DNA of 62,413 nt, counting the filler, from Atractiella rhizophila (lineage: Eukaryota), in the NCBI GenBank assembly GCA_021432655.1. It is 26 parts of 26 records of this genome, joined end to end, with 100 filler letters (N's around TTAATTAATTAA, not from the genome) between each part and the next. Parts side by side here need not be neighbours in the genome. Positions count along the whole stretch, not along the records: positions 48,369 to 50,649 come from MU272724.1; positions 50,750 to 53,026 come from MU272725.1; positions 53,127 to 55,386 come from MU272726.1; positions 55,487 to 57,734 come from MU272727.1; positions 57,835 to 60,075 come from MU272728.1; positions 60,176 to 62,413 come from MU272729.1; 20 more parts are not named here. The stretch is one strand, 5' to 3'. Below are positions 49,031-62,035 of this stretch, piece after piece. Below the pieces are notes generated by a model. The model was not told where the DNA came from. It made no database searches and saw nothing but the letters and a program-made list of their open reading frames with translations. Position numbers and translations under genes: made by a program. Position 1 is the stretch's first letter. Each line of letters begins with the position of its first letter.

Positions 49031-50527
49031 ATGTCTCCCATCTCGTTGACCAGCACACCAGAGCTGGACACTCACTCAACCCTCCGTGCTAGAATGGATC
49101 GAATAGATGCTTCACAACATTCGTCCAGTTTACGCACAGTCCCTTCTAGGGATACGACCTCTTCAACGAGCACGACGTCCATCCCCATAACTCCTCGTCT
49201 CTCAGGAAGCCATATGTCAAGCTATCCAGTCCCTGCTGAAGAATCCGAGGATGAGTTACCGCCTTGGATGGCAGCACACCATCAGCGCAGCGCGGCGATG
49301 ACAGCTGTACGAGCGAAGAAGCGACGAGCTAGTCTAGCCAAAGACAAATACGGCCTGTTCGTCTCTCCAAGGGGACTCACGACCTCCTTACTCGGGGCAT
49401 CCGACAGCGATATCGCCCAGAAATCAGATGGAGAGGCTGGTCTAGATTCGGATGATGGTGTTTTCTTTATGGAGGACGACTTTATGTGTCAGCAGGAGGA
49501 AGAATTGACTCCGGTAGAGGCGGGAGAGGATGTGGCTCCCACGAAAAGCTTATTTGGACTGAGGATATCGAAAGAAGAGTTAGCGTGAGTGACTCCATTC
49601 TCAATAAACTGACTGGCTCAACCAAAGAGGACCAGGCCACCGATTCTCTCTTTATCAGCAGCAGTAGCGGATGGGGGAAGTGTGAGCGATTCTGAGAGCG
49701 CGCCAGATCCTCAGCACCTTCGCGCCCTTTTGGATCTACGAGGGGTGGATGAAGAATTCAGGACATATTCCTCTCGAACGGAGTTACAGCGTGTGCCCAA
49801 TCGAGCACGAGCAGAGGAGGCATTAACCCAGTTTCTTCCCGTCCCGCAACCCACACCTTGCACTCCGTTCAAACGAAGGTCAGCAGACCCCCGACTTTCT
49901 CAGGATGTGATGGCCACATCCTGGCGCTCTTTGCTGGAGGACATCAACCTTGCATCTTTTTATCCTCCGCCTTCCCCTCCGAACCGTGGGAGCACGGCCG
50001 TCGTCAGCAAAAGTTTGCCTTCGCGTCCTTCTTTGTCTCCCACAGCGCCTAAACGACCGTCCCATTCACCGCGAACGAAATCCGAGATCCTCGTTCGAGG
50101 CCATGATCACGTCAGCCAGCCTCCGGAAGGTCAGAAAGGGAAGAACGCAGCGCTGGATTTGTTCAATACAAAGTATTTCAGCTCCATCACCGTACTCTCC
50201 ACAGCACGAATGGATCACGGTCTCAAGCTCGTGTCCATCCTCCGAAACGCTTCCCAGACCTCCATCACGCTCTCTCAGCCTCCACCTCATCAGCCCAGAT
50301 ATCGTCGGATCTCCTCCTCATCGCAGACGAAACCAACGGGCTCCGCTGGGATCCCTAAACCAGCAACCGAGGTCCCGACTGTCCGGTGTGGCTTCCGCAA
50401 AGTCCCTAGCGTGAAGGTTGTCTATTCCAATTCCTTCGAATTGGAGTTTAACCCGCAGGACCTCACTCTGGATGAGATACTAGGCAAGATCTTCAACGAC
50501 GGCTTGAACAAGGCGTTCCAACGATGA
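49031..50527 (+). CDS. Hypothetical Ser/Pro-rich disordered protein (probably 2 exons)
   Basis: Consecutive long same-strand ORFs (240 and 281 aa) separated by a GTGAGT donor and CTGAC branch point near 49585-49630. No domain recognised. Confidence 0.55.
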
Positions 50528-51809
50528 TTATTCCCTCGTCGAAATCAGTTTAATTCCCTTTATTGGTCTATACCCAAAATATGTAGGAATACGTCTGTTT
50601 TGTCTCTTTCAGCTTCTATATCTTGTTTATGGTATCTATGTTGTTATCCNNNNNNNNNNNNNNNNNNNNNNNNNNNNNNNNNNNNNNNNNNNNTTAATTA
50701 ATTAANNNNNNNNNNNNNNNNNNNNNNNNNNNNNNNNNNNNNNNNNNNNTCCTCGCCAAAAGGGAAAAGGGACGCAGGATATTAGCCGAGAAGCGAGTGA
50801 GAGTCATCCTCGCTCGTCTCCCCAAGCGACGTCGACGGGGACGTCCCTGCCCTGGGCGGTCAGAAGCGAGATTAGCGATGGGCGAAGCGAGAGCCGATCG
50901 CTTGTCTTGGCCCTTCGCCATCCACTCCGCCCTTTCCCTCCGTCGTGGTCGCCCTGTGGACGCTGCGCGTGAAAGGTGTCTGGGAATGAGGTCGTGCGGT
51001 GCTGTGACTGGTCGGCCGAGGATGGGGCGCGAGATGTAGATGGAGTTGGGTGCGTGGTGTGGTGCGAGGCCAGGTTAACGCTCTCGTCCGTCGCTGCTTT
51101 GAGATGACCGTCGGACTTGCGCGTTGGTCTGCTTCCTCGTGGGATGTAAGAGAGCGTAGGAATCGTGTTTCTGCGTCCTCTTCCTCCGACTTCCTCCCTC
51201 TTTCGTCATTTCCATCAATCAATCAGATCGTGAAACGGCTTCAAAGATGGGACATCAGTATTTACTTGAGTTCGAGTCGGCGTTCTGAGCTTGTTTGAGA
51301 GGATGGCATTGGTGTAGAGGGAGCGGGTTAAGCGAGTCGAAGCGAGGCTTATGCGCTTTCGATGTTGGAGAGGAGGACAGATGATTTGTGGCTTCGTCCT
51401 TCGTCCGTTTCGTTGGAGCGGTCGGGATCCGAGATGAAGCGGTGAGATGGAGTGGGAAGTGGTCTTGCGTATGTGGCGATTGAGAGTCGGATCAGTCGCA
51501 GAGTGAAGATCTCTGGTTTTTGTTTGATATGCAAATGTTGGTGCAAGGGCTCAGGTGTGGTTCAGTGTAGAGGACGACCTTGAGCTGCCGAGTAGAGAGG
51601 ATAGGATATGTTGAACAAGCTTTATTCTTGCATTCTGGTAAAGCGAGGCGGAAGAGTTTATTCTTTCACTCATCAAAGCTTGGCACATTATACTTTCTTG
51701 GATGATGGTGCTCAGGACACATTTTCCCTTTCTTGAACCTGCTTCGATATTTATGGACTGTTTGTGCCATCTGTTAAGCGAATACTGACGAGGTAATTGG
51801 TGCATCTAG

Positions 51810-53026
51810 CAATTGTTCAAGTAAGGCTATCCATCGTCCACCAGTTAGACGACACTCACGAAACCGGACTTCAGCAACCATACGCGCGTACCGCCCTCAG
51901 CTTGGGCTGCACTAGACCTCCCCAAACCAGAAGAGATCCCAAACATCGACCTCGAAATCATCAACTACCATCGTCCCCTCTTGGGCACGTTCCATGCCAA
52001 GTTTATGGTGGTGAGTATTCCAGCTCTTCGCTTCTGGTTGACTGGCTGAGAGGTGTGTAGGTCGATCGTAAGGTCGCGGTCATCAATAGGTGAGCTCATG
52101 TGCAGATGTGTGGCGGACTTGACGGGAAAGTTTGCAGCAACAATATCCAGGATCGACCGAATCTAGAGATGATGGCTCACCTGGAAGGTCCGATTGTCGG
52201 TATGCCTGCTTTCTTCTCGTACCCCTCAATCTCTTTGCTGAGGTTCCAGTTACCAGATTCTTTCTACGAAACTTTTCTCATCGTACGCAAACCCCCATTC
52301 TTGCGTCGACGCTCACTCTGGTTCAGTCATGGGCGAAAAGCCTCAATCCTATACCGCCCTGTCTAAGCGAGCCGTATGTTCCTCCACCGGAATATCTGTT
52401 TCAGGACGCCAATCCGTACCTCGACAAGATCGAAATGTGAGCGGAACAGCTCCCACCCAGTAGTCATCGATGTTGACGTGCGATACAGTGCCAAGGCCGC
52501 GAAGGCAGCACGCATCCTCCTGCTCAAGCAGAACAAGCAGACGACGGAGGAGTTCGAGCGGTTCATGAAGGACCAGGAAAACTCGCTCCTTTGGAACTTT
52601 GCCAACCCCTCTGGAGGCGATAGGAGGCGGAGGAGTCTGCCGGCGAGCCCGGATTCGAGCGCGCGCTGGAATTTTTGGGGGTTTGGAGAGACGGCGGGGA
52701 CGAGTTCGGCGGATGGGAAGAGGAGGAGTCTGATGGAGGTCGTCCAGGAGGCTATCAGGGCGGCTCCGTCGGGTCGTGGTGATGGGCTGAATCGAGCTTC
52801 GTCCTTGAAGGAGAAGAACAAGACGCTGGAGATGGCGGAGGTGAAGAGACGGAAGTCTCATACAGACCTGGACAGTGAGGACGACACTGCAAGAGAACCA
52901 TCTGCTAGTGCAACTGGTCAGAACTTTCCCCTTTCCTAATACAATTTAATTGGTCGCTGACGGTTTTGTAGCCGTTTCTTCCATGGCAGATATTGGGGAA
53001 CATAAGAAACAAAGTGGAGAAGAAAA
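51810..53026 (+). CDS. Fungal phospholipase D-superfamily protein, internal fragment
   Basis: QLFN|NHTRVPPSAW..EIINYHRPLLGTFHAKFMV|VDRKVAVINS|NNIQDRPNLEMMAHLEGPIV|DSFY contains the HxKxxxxD motif. Confidence 0.85.
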
Positions 53027-53126
53027 NNNNNNNNNNNNNNNNNNNNNNNNNNNNNNNNNNNNNNNNNNNNTTAATTAATTAANNNNNNNNNNNNNNNNNN
53101 NNNNNNNNNNNNNNNNNNNNNNNNNN

Positions 53127-53582
53127 AGATAATCTAAAACATGAGTTTGCATAGTATAAGAACAATAGCATAAGATATAAGTATAAGCGAGACAAACATA
53201 CCTAAAACACTCGAAGAGTCTATGGAGCTGGGGACAGCGGAGAAGGCTTTGGCAAAGCCCTAAAATAGCATGGACTAAGTAAGCGGAGAAGACGGTCAAA
53301 AGAAGAGTACAGACCCTCTTCGAGTGTTTTAGAAACGAGGGGTATGTCGAACTTGCAGAGAAGAGAAAGGAAACCTTCGAAGCGTGCTTGAATGAGCACA
53401 GCATAACTAATGAGAGAAGGTACTCACCTCACACACAGCACTAGCTATACCTCAGTACAGGCAAGCTCAATGTGATGGTGGTTGTGTGTGAGTATTAAAT
53501 ACTCCTCAGGTCTTCATACGTGGCCTCAGAGGTAGTTAATGTGGCTGTTCAACTTTAGCTAGGAATACCATCACCCATCACA
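53127..53582 (-). mobile_element. Possible LTR fragment
   Basis: On the minus strand it begins TGTGATGG, has a TATTTAA box and continues as T/C-rich non-coding sequence. The other end is not visible. Confidence 0.3.
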
Positions 53583-54001
53583 GTGCCCAGAGTTGGCCTA
53601 TTAGACTCCCTCACCTCGGCGAAATTTAAGTTGAATCAGTCCCAGTCCTACCGTCTTCAACTGTGCATATAAGAGTGTGTTAGCACATGCTGACAGATTC
53701 AGATCATGATCCATCCCGTATGCTCTACCTCCAATGGTTTGCAGTGGTGAACCGGGAGCTTTTTCTCAGAAGGAGACCGTGGGTTTGGAGACCGTGGGTT
53801 TCCATTTTACCTGCACAAGAAACTGCAAGGCTAAGGGGGCGTGTTAGGCAGACTTTTGGAGGGAGATAGATAGAAAAGGTTTGTTACTTTGGGGAGAAAA
53901 TGTTCGAACCTATGCGGTGGACAATTGAGGCGGCTTTAGTATGTGGATGATTGTTGACTTTGTGGCTAGCGACATGAACTAAGGAATTTCAATTACTCGA
54001 T

Positions 54002-55224
54002 CTAAATTTTAAACAAGGGGCATGTAGAAACATGAGGCTTATGGAACATTTTGGTGATTTTAACACCTTTCTGTGCGAGTTCGGGATCCAGAAGTTGCAC
54101 GTCGAGCGCTGGGTTGCAGATTTCGTCACTATGCCGACAAGTTCTGCGACTGCAAAAAACAAGCATAGTCAAGTCTTCATCACCAAAATGAGAATGGTGT
54201 ATTCCCTGTGAGATTATGAAACAAAACATTCGCAATTGGCGCAACCGCATAACCTCCTCTTGAATGGCTTTCTGCATCACTTCATCGGGGTCTACGGCGG
54301 AAAGTGCGGAAATGACTTTCTCGATGGATGTTGGAAGCGACGGCAAAACCAGGAGAAATGTTTCCCGTTCCTCTTCTCATCGGCGCAGAACCCTGCGGTC
54401 GCGAGAAGGGTCCGTTGAGGCTAGCAGTGAAGGGGGTAGAGGAAGAATCTCAGGCGTTCGCAAGTGCGTGCAACACTCGAGGATAGCGCCAGGATTCGCC
54501 CTGAGGGTGAATGTGAGCCCCAAACGAAGGTATCTGAGCTTTGGTCCGACGGCTTGGAAGGCCGAGATGATGTTTTGTGACGTTCCGTAGCCGTCATTGG
54601 GTATGAAGACAACACTCGTCAGACGTGAGTCGGAATAGGAACCGAATACCTTGAGGAAATAATGATCAAATGGGAAAGATGTCGTGAATGTGTTGTTAAA
54701 GAGAGGTCGTTATTGAGACGCCAACCATGCTCAAACCTGAGTTTGAATGTTTGAATGGTGGATGGGATAAGTGTCATGACCGTTTGGAGCATCAAAAGTG
54801 CATCTTTGAAATCGCTCTTTGTAGATGTTAATGGTTTGGAAAATGAGGCGATGGCGACTTCAAGACTTGTAAGAGCCGGAAAACTAGGACACGTAAGAGC
54901 CGGGCGGTTTAAGCTCAACGCGTGGCGCACAAATCTGAGGTTCGATGGAAGCGTTCTGTTTTCAAAGCCACCAAGTGTTAGGTCTTTGACCAGCAGTGTA
55001 ATACGAATAACATAAATGAGCATTCTTCGTACCTTATGAGTCACTTCTCTTTTCATCGCAGTGTTGCTTCCGTGACCCCTTTCTTTCCATGACGACGGCG
55101 AAGCGTGAGCCCGAGTGAAACCCCCAAAATTCAGCATCTCAATCTTTGTTCGACATAAATGTATTTGTAACAACACTTCGCGTGCTTCGCAGATTTTCGC
55201 ACGATCATGATGACTACGCATTAA
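54002..55224 (-). CDS. Host-like gene fragment (LRR/F-box C-terminal-like), 5' end replaced by copia gag
   Basis: Leu-periodic segments FPALTSLEVAI and IPSTIQTFKLRF, followed by further interrupted ORFs down to ~54002. Confidence 0.35.
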
Positions 55225-55386
55225 CGCATCCAGGATTCCCATTATCCCTTTCGCCTCTTTCACCGCGCACAACTGCGTCCACATCTCCGCTGCCGTCTTC
55301 GCGCCAGCCAAATGGATCAATTCGCCATCGGTTATCGTCAACTCGATGCGCGTCTGGGCCTTGGCGTCCTTCGTCTCCCATGCGTC
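55225..55386 (-). mobile_element. Ty1/copia gag (UBN2/Retrotran_gag_2-like) fragment
   Basis: DAWETKDAKAQTRIELTITDGELIHLAGAKTAAEMWTQLCAVKEAKGIMGILDA is a typical copia gag segment (WxxKDxKA...TAxEMWxxL). Confidence 0.8.
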
Positions 55387-55699
55387 NNNNNNNNNNNNNN
55401 NNNNNNNNNNNNNNNNNNNNNNNNNNNNNNTTAATTAATTAANNNNNNNNNNNNNNNNNNNNNNNNNNNNNNNNNNNNNNNNNNNNAGTAATTCGAAGCC
55501 TAGCGTGGCATTGGAATTGCAAGCAAGTGTGGGCGAAAAGTAAAAGTGCTCTTTACGTCGAACATCGCAATTTCATACTGTTCTGCCCGAATTGCAGTAA
55601 ATGCCCAGATGAACGCCTAAGCGCCTAAGCTTGGCTGTTCGATTTTTTTGAGGTATTTCAAGGTAAATGCATTGATCATGCCCACTTCCGGCTCCTGAG

Positions 55700-57300
55700 C
55701 ATCTTGAAGCTTGAAAGTCTGCGCTCGAAGTGCCTTGTCCGCGTCCGAATCCCAACATCCCGAGCCGCTCATTGGTGTCGAGATCGAGCCCGGGCGAACT
55801 CCTGCTCGCTCGTGCGAAGCCAGGTCGCAGTGAGGACGCGGACGACTTCATTTACAGTCTGCGGCGGCACAGGGGAAAGTATGCCACAGTCAGCGTAGAC
55901 GAAATTTCTGAATAGCTACCTGTCTCACCGGAGTAACCGCTGAACAAATTCAACTAGACGTTGGCATAGAAAGGACTCCTTGTAACAATTGTGTGTGTGG
56001 AGTGATCTTGGAGACTTTCCTCAAGCCAGTTAAAGAGAGAGTCCATGGATTGGCCACTTCGCGACGCGATGAGAAAGATGGCGGAGTAGCAGAAGGCGAC
56101 TCTGAGACTTCAAATTCACACGAGGTCAAATAACAATTTACAGCAGCACCACCCTTTCTACCCAAGAATGAGGGTCTTCTCTTTCTTCCTTCCCTAGCAC
56201 GATGCTCATGTTTTCTCTCCTCCCGCGCCGGTTTCCTCGTTCCGCCTTCGTTCAACTACCGTCGCCCCCGCGAGTTCTTTTGGAACTATACGCATTCCTC
56301 AGTTGAGGACAGGGGACGCAACAACACGATGGACTCCTGAAGGTGACACATACGGCGAGTTGCTCGCACACGAAGTCCTAAACGTTCTCCAGGTCCTTGC
56401 ACAGAGCGACGCAATGGTAGACTCCGACTCCATTGTGTTCGGCTATTGACAGAAGACCATGACAAAAGGGACTCAATCCACCATCGCACTGTTCTCGACA
56501 AGCTCAGACGGCATCAGTTTGGGTCCAGCTCTGGGCATGTAAATGGCTTTTCAGATGTTGGCGAGGTGCTCCTGTATTCTTGGGATCAATCTATCAATCT
56601 GATCCGTTATTTTTAGCGTGCACCTCACTTCCTGCTTGGAACAGGCTCAAAGTGCTGCAGAGGGATGTCTCTTTTCGGAACATTCTTCTTGACCTAATTG
56701 AAGAAGGGCTAAATGGATATTTCATTGATTGGGAATTTGCAAAGCAACTAAACGACCATGAGAGCTCTTGAGAATGAACGCTCCGCACCATCCTGCAATT
56801 TTATGTAGTGGTTCATAATGACATAGTGCACTTACGAGTTTATGTCACGTCGACTCTTAGGCGAAATCGGCACAACATAGACCGTCCGTCACGAGCCGAG
56901 ATGACATTGAGTTTTTCTTTGACGTTCTGACTTGGACAGTTCTACGTACGCACAAAGCGAGTTGTCGCTTCAACAGCAACGGGTCGAACGGGTATCATAA
57001 CGGGAGGTCCAAGCGCGTTAAAGTTCACTTCCAACGAGCTACAGCAACTACTTGGGGAAATCTTTGGTTGGTCGCAGTCATCTAGTAAATGATATTCTTG
57101 CTTATTCCAGAAAGGTGAAGCTCCAAAGAGATGACGGAGGGGAAGTTGATGAAGGCTAAGAAAACGGCTCATAAGCAAATCTAGTCAAGTGACTACTCCC
57201 GAATCTATGTCGTGGGTGTTATTGGATGCCTTCAAAGGTATCGCAAAGTCAGAGAGTGGAGCAGTTTCGCAGGACGGTCATGTTGTGAGTAGCAATAGGA
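55700..57300 (+). pseudogene. FunK1 fungal kinase pseudogene
   Basis: IHHRTVLDK..VLQRDVSFRNILL..GYFIDWEFA..CTYEFMSRRLL..HEPR-DDIE with in-frame stops and frameshifts; HRD changed to QRD. Boundaries approximate. Confidence 0.75.
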
Positions 57301-57834
57301 AAGGAGAAGAGAGGCAAGGAAGCACATCCTCACTCATCCAAACCGAACGTATTCAGTACACTCTGCTTTCTTTACGCACACGAATTCTAATTGTGTGGAG
57401 GTACCTCAGACTGATCATCTGTTCACCAACTCGGGACTGACGAGACGTGAGTCGAAGAGTTTCGCTGACAGCGACAGGATGTCATCATTGTGGAGTAAAA
57501 GATATTTGATACACCAGACACTTTCACAACAGTGTACCGAAAGATATAGCACTAGTAGGACATAAATTTTTCGAAAGAGCTATTCAATCTCCATACTTGC
57601 TCAACTATGTCAGTACAATATCGTCAGCATCAGCTTACGCAAGGTATACAGATATAGCAGAGTGCTTACATCCAGGGTAAGAACCATGCTTCCACCCTCC
57701 TCTAAATTCCTCGTCACCCCCACCAATGCGTTGGNNNNNNNNNNNNNNNNNNNNNNNNNNNNNNNNNNNNNNNNNNNNTTAATTAATTAANNNNNNNNNN
57801 NNNNNNNNNNNNNNNNNNNNNNNNNNNNNNNNNN

Positions 57835-58387
57835 GTCCCCAACAACGGAAAAAGAACTACTTCCCCTAATTCACCGGTGTTGGCCATACATAGTCAAACG
57901 GATCAGTCCGAAGGAAGAGCCTTTCGTGATTCTGGAAGCTGTCAGTCTGATCCAGGAGCTTGCGAAGTGGACAGGCGATTTTGTGGGTCAGAGAATAGTG
58001 GACGATGTTTGGCCCAACATCAAGAAGATATTGCAAGAGAACGAGAAGGAACAGGGGAGGAGGGACCTGATAAGGCGAGAAAAGTACGCCGTCAGAAGCA
58101 AATGGGACGTGGCCGTGCTCAAAATGGCTCTGCAAGTCGTCAAAAGCACGAGAACTACGGAAGAAACCCGTTGGGATATTACGTTGCTTTTGCGCAGCCT
58201 TCTAGATGAAAGACAAGACGAGGCAACCCAGCAAGCGGCCGTAGATCTGTATGTCGAGCTGTTCAAAAGAAATCCCTCAGGGACATGGTTGGCCCTGAAA
58301 GGAGCGGGCTGCGATACCGGGTTGCCCAGGTTCCTTCGACTCCCTGCTCATCTTGACATCACTGCAAACTGCAACAGGATATACTAG
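57835..58387 (+). CDS. TTI1: TEL2-interacting protein 1 (TTT complex), C-terminal part
   Basis: ELLPLIHRCWPYIVKRI..EPFVILEAVSLIQELAKWTGDFVGQRIVDDVWP..NPSGTWL matches the TTI1 C-terminal pattern. Confidence 0.75.
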
Positions 58388-58805
58388 GCTGCCCAATAGT
58401 TTGTACTCAGCGCTCGAAATTACCGAACGAGGATATTCCATGATTTGAAGGACGCCGTCCCACGTCAAAAATTTGCAAGAAAGCTCATGCCAAAAGGATC
58501 TCGTTTCAAATAGGAGGCTAGGTTGTTACAACTTCTTGAGCAGATGAAGAAGAAACTTGTAGAGGTGTTGGTAATGGATGATATTACATGGCATACATGA
58601 ACAGATGATGATTACTAGTAACTTAAGGAATTCGCTCAAATGTCTGCCAATTTTGAACCTGAAAACTACAGCAACCAACTGGAGAACAACCAAACGATGA
58701 CCGAGATTGGAGAAAACAGAAGGGGATGTTTAGAATATACAGACTACCTATCAGCGTTTCACGGATCGTTCCTGGACAACGTTTATTGTTAGAGAGCGGA
58801 CGGTG

Positions 58806-59900
58806 TTAATTTCGTTCACGCCCCTCTGTCATGATATAAGCTCCTGGGCTGGCCCTATTTTGCATGTTTAAAGTCCTTGCAGCATTCTGAGCTTGAACCT
58901 GCGCAAGATCGTTCAGACTGATGCGGCCCTCCCTAAATTGGAGCAGCAGCTGCTCGTCTCGTAGACGCGCCAAGTTTTGGGCTCGAAGCTGTTCTGCTTG
59001 TTGAAGTTGAAGTTGATGCATTTGAGTCTGAGTAAGACCTTGATTCTGGACGTGGGAACTTTGCTGCTGGATGTTATTGAGGAAGGGGATATTATTTGCT
59101 TGTCGCTGATGTTGTTGTTGCTGTTGCTGTTGAAGAAGATGTGCTTGTAGCTGTGTTTGCTGGAACTGGGACAGCTGGGAACTAGCAGCAGCTCGCTCCC
59201 TTTCTTGCAGCAGCGCTCGTTGCTGAAGGAGTCGCAGTTGCTGTTGCTGTTGCTGTTGGTGCTTCATCTCCAACTCTCGCTGTTGCAGAAACTGCTGGTT
59301 CCGCAACCTCTCCAAGTGTCGTTCTCTTTCCCTTTCCAACAAGTATTGTTGTTCTTGTACGCTTAATCCACCCATTGCACCAAGCCTCTGTTGCAACGCC
59401 ACCTGCTCTCTCATGGCTGGAGAAATCTGGTTGACCTGTTCTCTGAGTCCAAGTTGGTGTAAAGGAGAGCGTTCCTGATCTCTAATACTATGCAAGTGGG
59501 ACAAGGGGGAGTGGCCGTCACGTATGGTGTTGAACTGCGACAGTTGGGACTGAGGTTCGCGAAGGCCAGACAGGTGAGATATTGGGGACTCTGACTCGCG
59601 GAGAGACGGTAACTGAGAAACGGGTGACTGATCTCTGAGACCGCCAATTTGTCCCAATTGAGGTTGGTGAGAGTGCTCCCTCGTCAGGCCAGATAATATC
59701 TGTTCTCGTGTTGTGGGATTTGGCTGCACAGTGGGGATGTACGAGTCTCGACTTTGCTGTGGTTGCGTAAAGAGACTTCGAGACGTCGGCAAGTGATGGG
59801 GGGAAGGATGGACTGGTTGTGAAATTTGCCTCTGAAGGGAAGGAACGGGCTGTTGTTGAAAGGAGGATTGGAACTGCAAGTTCGCCAGCAGCCTTTGCAA
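58806..59900 (-). CDS. Glutamine-rich low-complexity protein, 3' part
   Basis: 364-codon open frame with polyQ tracts and short internal repeats. Confidence 0.7.
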   Translation of the reverse strand: MQRLLANLQFQSSFQQQPVPSLQRQISQPVHPSPHHLPTSRSLFTQPQQSRDSYIPTVQPNPTTREQILSGLTREHSHQPQLGQIGGLRDQSPVSQLPSLRESESPISHLSGLREPQSQLSQFNTIRDGHSPLSHLHSIRDQERSPLHQLGLREQVNQISPAMREQVALQQRLGAMGGLSVQEQQYLLERERERHLERLRNQQFLQQRELEMKHQQQQQQQLRLLQQRALLQERERAAASSQLSQFQQTQLQAHLLQQQQQQQHQRQANNIPFLNNIQQQSSHVQNQGLTQTQMHQLQLQQAEQLRAQNLARLRDEQLLLQFREGRISLNDLAQVQAQNAARTLNMQNRASPGAYIMTEGRERN

Positions 59901-60912
59901 GCTCTCCTGTTCTTCGCGAGACGCGCCATTGCTTTGATTAGCCTGGCTAGTAGTGATAGGCCATCCGTTTGAGGTTGAGGCGGCCTCTCGAGTCGAAATA
60001 TTCTCATTCTTGCTGGCCTCAAAAATCTTGGCGAATCTACTCCCCGTCTGTTGATGGTGATGTGTACCAGGATTTNNNNNNNNNNNNNNNNNNNNNNNNN
60101 NNNNNNNNNNNNNNNNNNNTTAATTAATTAANNNNNNNNNNNNNNNNNNNNNNNNNNNNNNNNNNNNNNNNNNNNGAATATTTTGTGACGATAACAGGGA
60201 TTTGAAGTATCTAAGTTGTGCTCTGTTCTACCCTAGTCGTCACTTGAGGTTACGAAAGCAAAGGAGCAGATAGAGGATTCCACGAAACTTTATTTTATTA
60301 CAAGAATGCACAATGTTGACAAACATAAGGAATAGGTTTATTTCGATAGTGGCCAATGTTTAATACTGCTCCTGGTTGATGTGATGAGAAGCTGCGTTGT
60401 GCTCTCAGCTCAAAACAACTAGAAGGGGTGAAAGTCATTGAGCTTCTCATACAGACATGGAGGTAAGCGCTGTTCAAATCGCCAACTTCGAAATCCTTAC
60501 TTTGGGTCGCTTTTCTCTCAGGGAGCTCTCCGAACTGATTCACCATCTCGGACTCACAGGGTTTGTTGCCATCACGAAGCACTAGAACTCGAGTGGACCG
60601 AATCAAGGTCAACGCTCGCGCTGAAGCTCCACACAACACTACTATAATCCATCATCCAGTTTCTGCCACACCGACTTCGAAGAGGACTTACCTCATCCTC
60701 CACAATGTCCAGCTTTTTTTGCTTGCGTTCCAGCTTCCATTTTGGAGACGAGACGGGCGGACTGCATTTCTAAACCCCGCGTCGAAGCGAGGGTGCAGCG
60801 ACCGCAGGAGAAGCGATAGGAGAGGAGATAAAAGAGGGCAGACTGATACCTAAACAGAGAGCAATTTGAACCATTCGCAAGAAGTTGACGTTGAAGCAAA
60901 CAGAAATTCAAG

Positions 60913-62035
60913 ATGCCAGCTACCCAGACAGCAGCCATTACTCCCATCACTCATGGCAGTTCTGTTGTTCAAACCTACCCATGCGAAGGACGAAGTGCTC
61001 ATCAAGATTGAAGGTGCTGGCTTGAATCCAATGGACTGGAAGATGCACGATTTCAATGCTATGGTTCCTTCTTACCCCTACGTTTTCGGAGGAGATATTG
61101 CTGGAAAAGTTGAAAAGGTGAGTCTGTTTCATCCCTGTTGCCACACAACAACATTGAGCTTGGGACCAGGGTGATGGGAACAATTTCAACAATATTTCCT
61201 CACAAGACTGACGTTTTGGTTCGCTCAGGTGTTCACTCGAGCGTTGGAGTAATCATGGGCTGACCTTCTGGAATTGTAGATTCCTGATAACGTGGGCTTC
61301 GAGGAGGCGGCAAGGCTCCCAGTTTGTTCAGCAACTATGATAATTGGGCTGATGCTCCCCATGGATTATGCCTTAAACCCCACTTCCTCCATGAATTGCA
61401 CTGGTGATTGGTGGCAGCACCTCCATTGGACATTTGGTACCTCTCGCCTGTCTGATACCAAGCTGAGGTTGTTTTCAAACAGCAATTCAGGTCCTTAAAT
61501 TTCTCGGTTTTTCAAATATCACTACCTACGGCTCGAACAAGCATGCAGACTATGTCACATCCCTCAGCGCTACCAAAGTCCTGGATCGCTTCACTGTCTC
61601 TCTTCCCGAGCTTTCGTACTCCGTCTCCCAGTCCGATATCGTTGTAGACGCTATCGGCACCTTAGAATCTCAGAACACGTCGCGCGACTGGTTGAAGGAG
61701 GGGGGAGGATGGTTGAACACTCTGATCCGATTACAGGAGAGGATCGAGGAGAGGCTAAAGAAGGAGGGCAAGAACATATGCAACGTCTTCGGAGCTTATC
61801 AAAGTGTGAATATGACCAAATATGCCGTGACCGCGTTCCTGAATTGTTAGAGAAGAAAATCCTTGTAGTTCGTCTTAACGTTTATCCTTATTTACAGGCA
61901 GAAGCTAATTGCAGTGACAGGGCATTGATATGAAGTCATCCCAGAGGTATCGTTGGTATTGCGGATGGAGTGGACCGTTTGTGAAAGCAGAAGGTTAGTG
62001 GGATCAAGCTTATAGTTCGCCCATTTGACGAGTGA
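60913..62035 (+). pseudogene. MDR-family enoyl reductase-like (LovC/YNL134C-like) probable pseudogene
   Basis: MPATQTAA..QTYP, frameshift, KDEVLIKIEGAGLNPMDWK..YPYVFGGDIAGKVEK..IPDNVGFEEAARLP.., frameshift, VIGGSTSIG..AIQVLK..KVSGIKLIVRP. It has deletions and an internal stop. Confidence 0.8.

Noticed and set aside
2362..60175. Regularly spaced TTAATTAATTAA motif resembling a repeat array
   Set aside because: It is an artificial N-padded contig linker. ORFs ending in X..LIN or X..N are artefacts of it.
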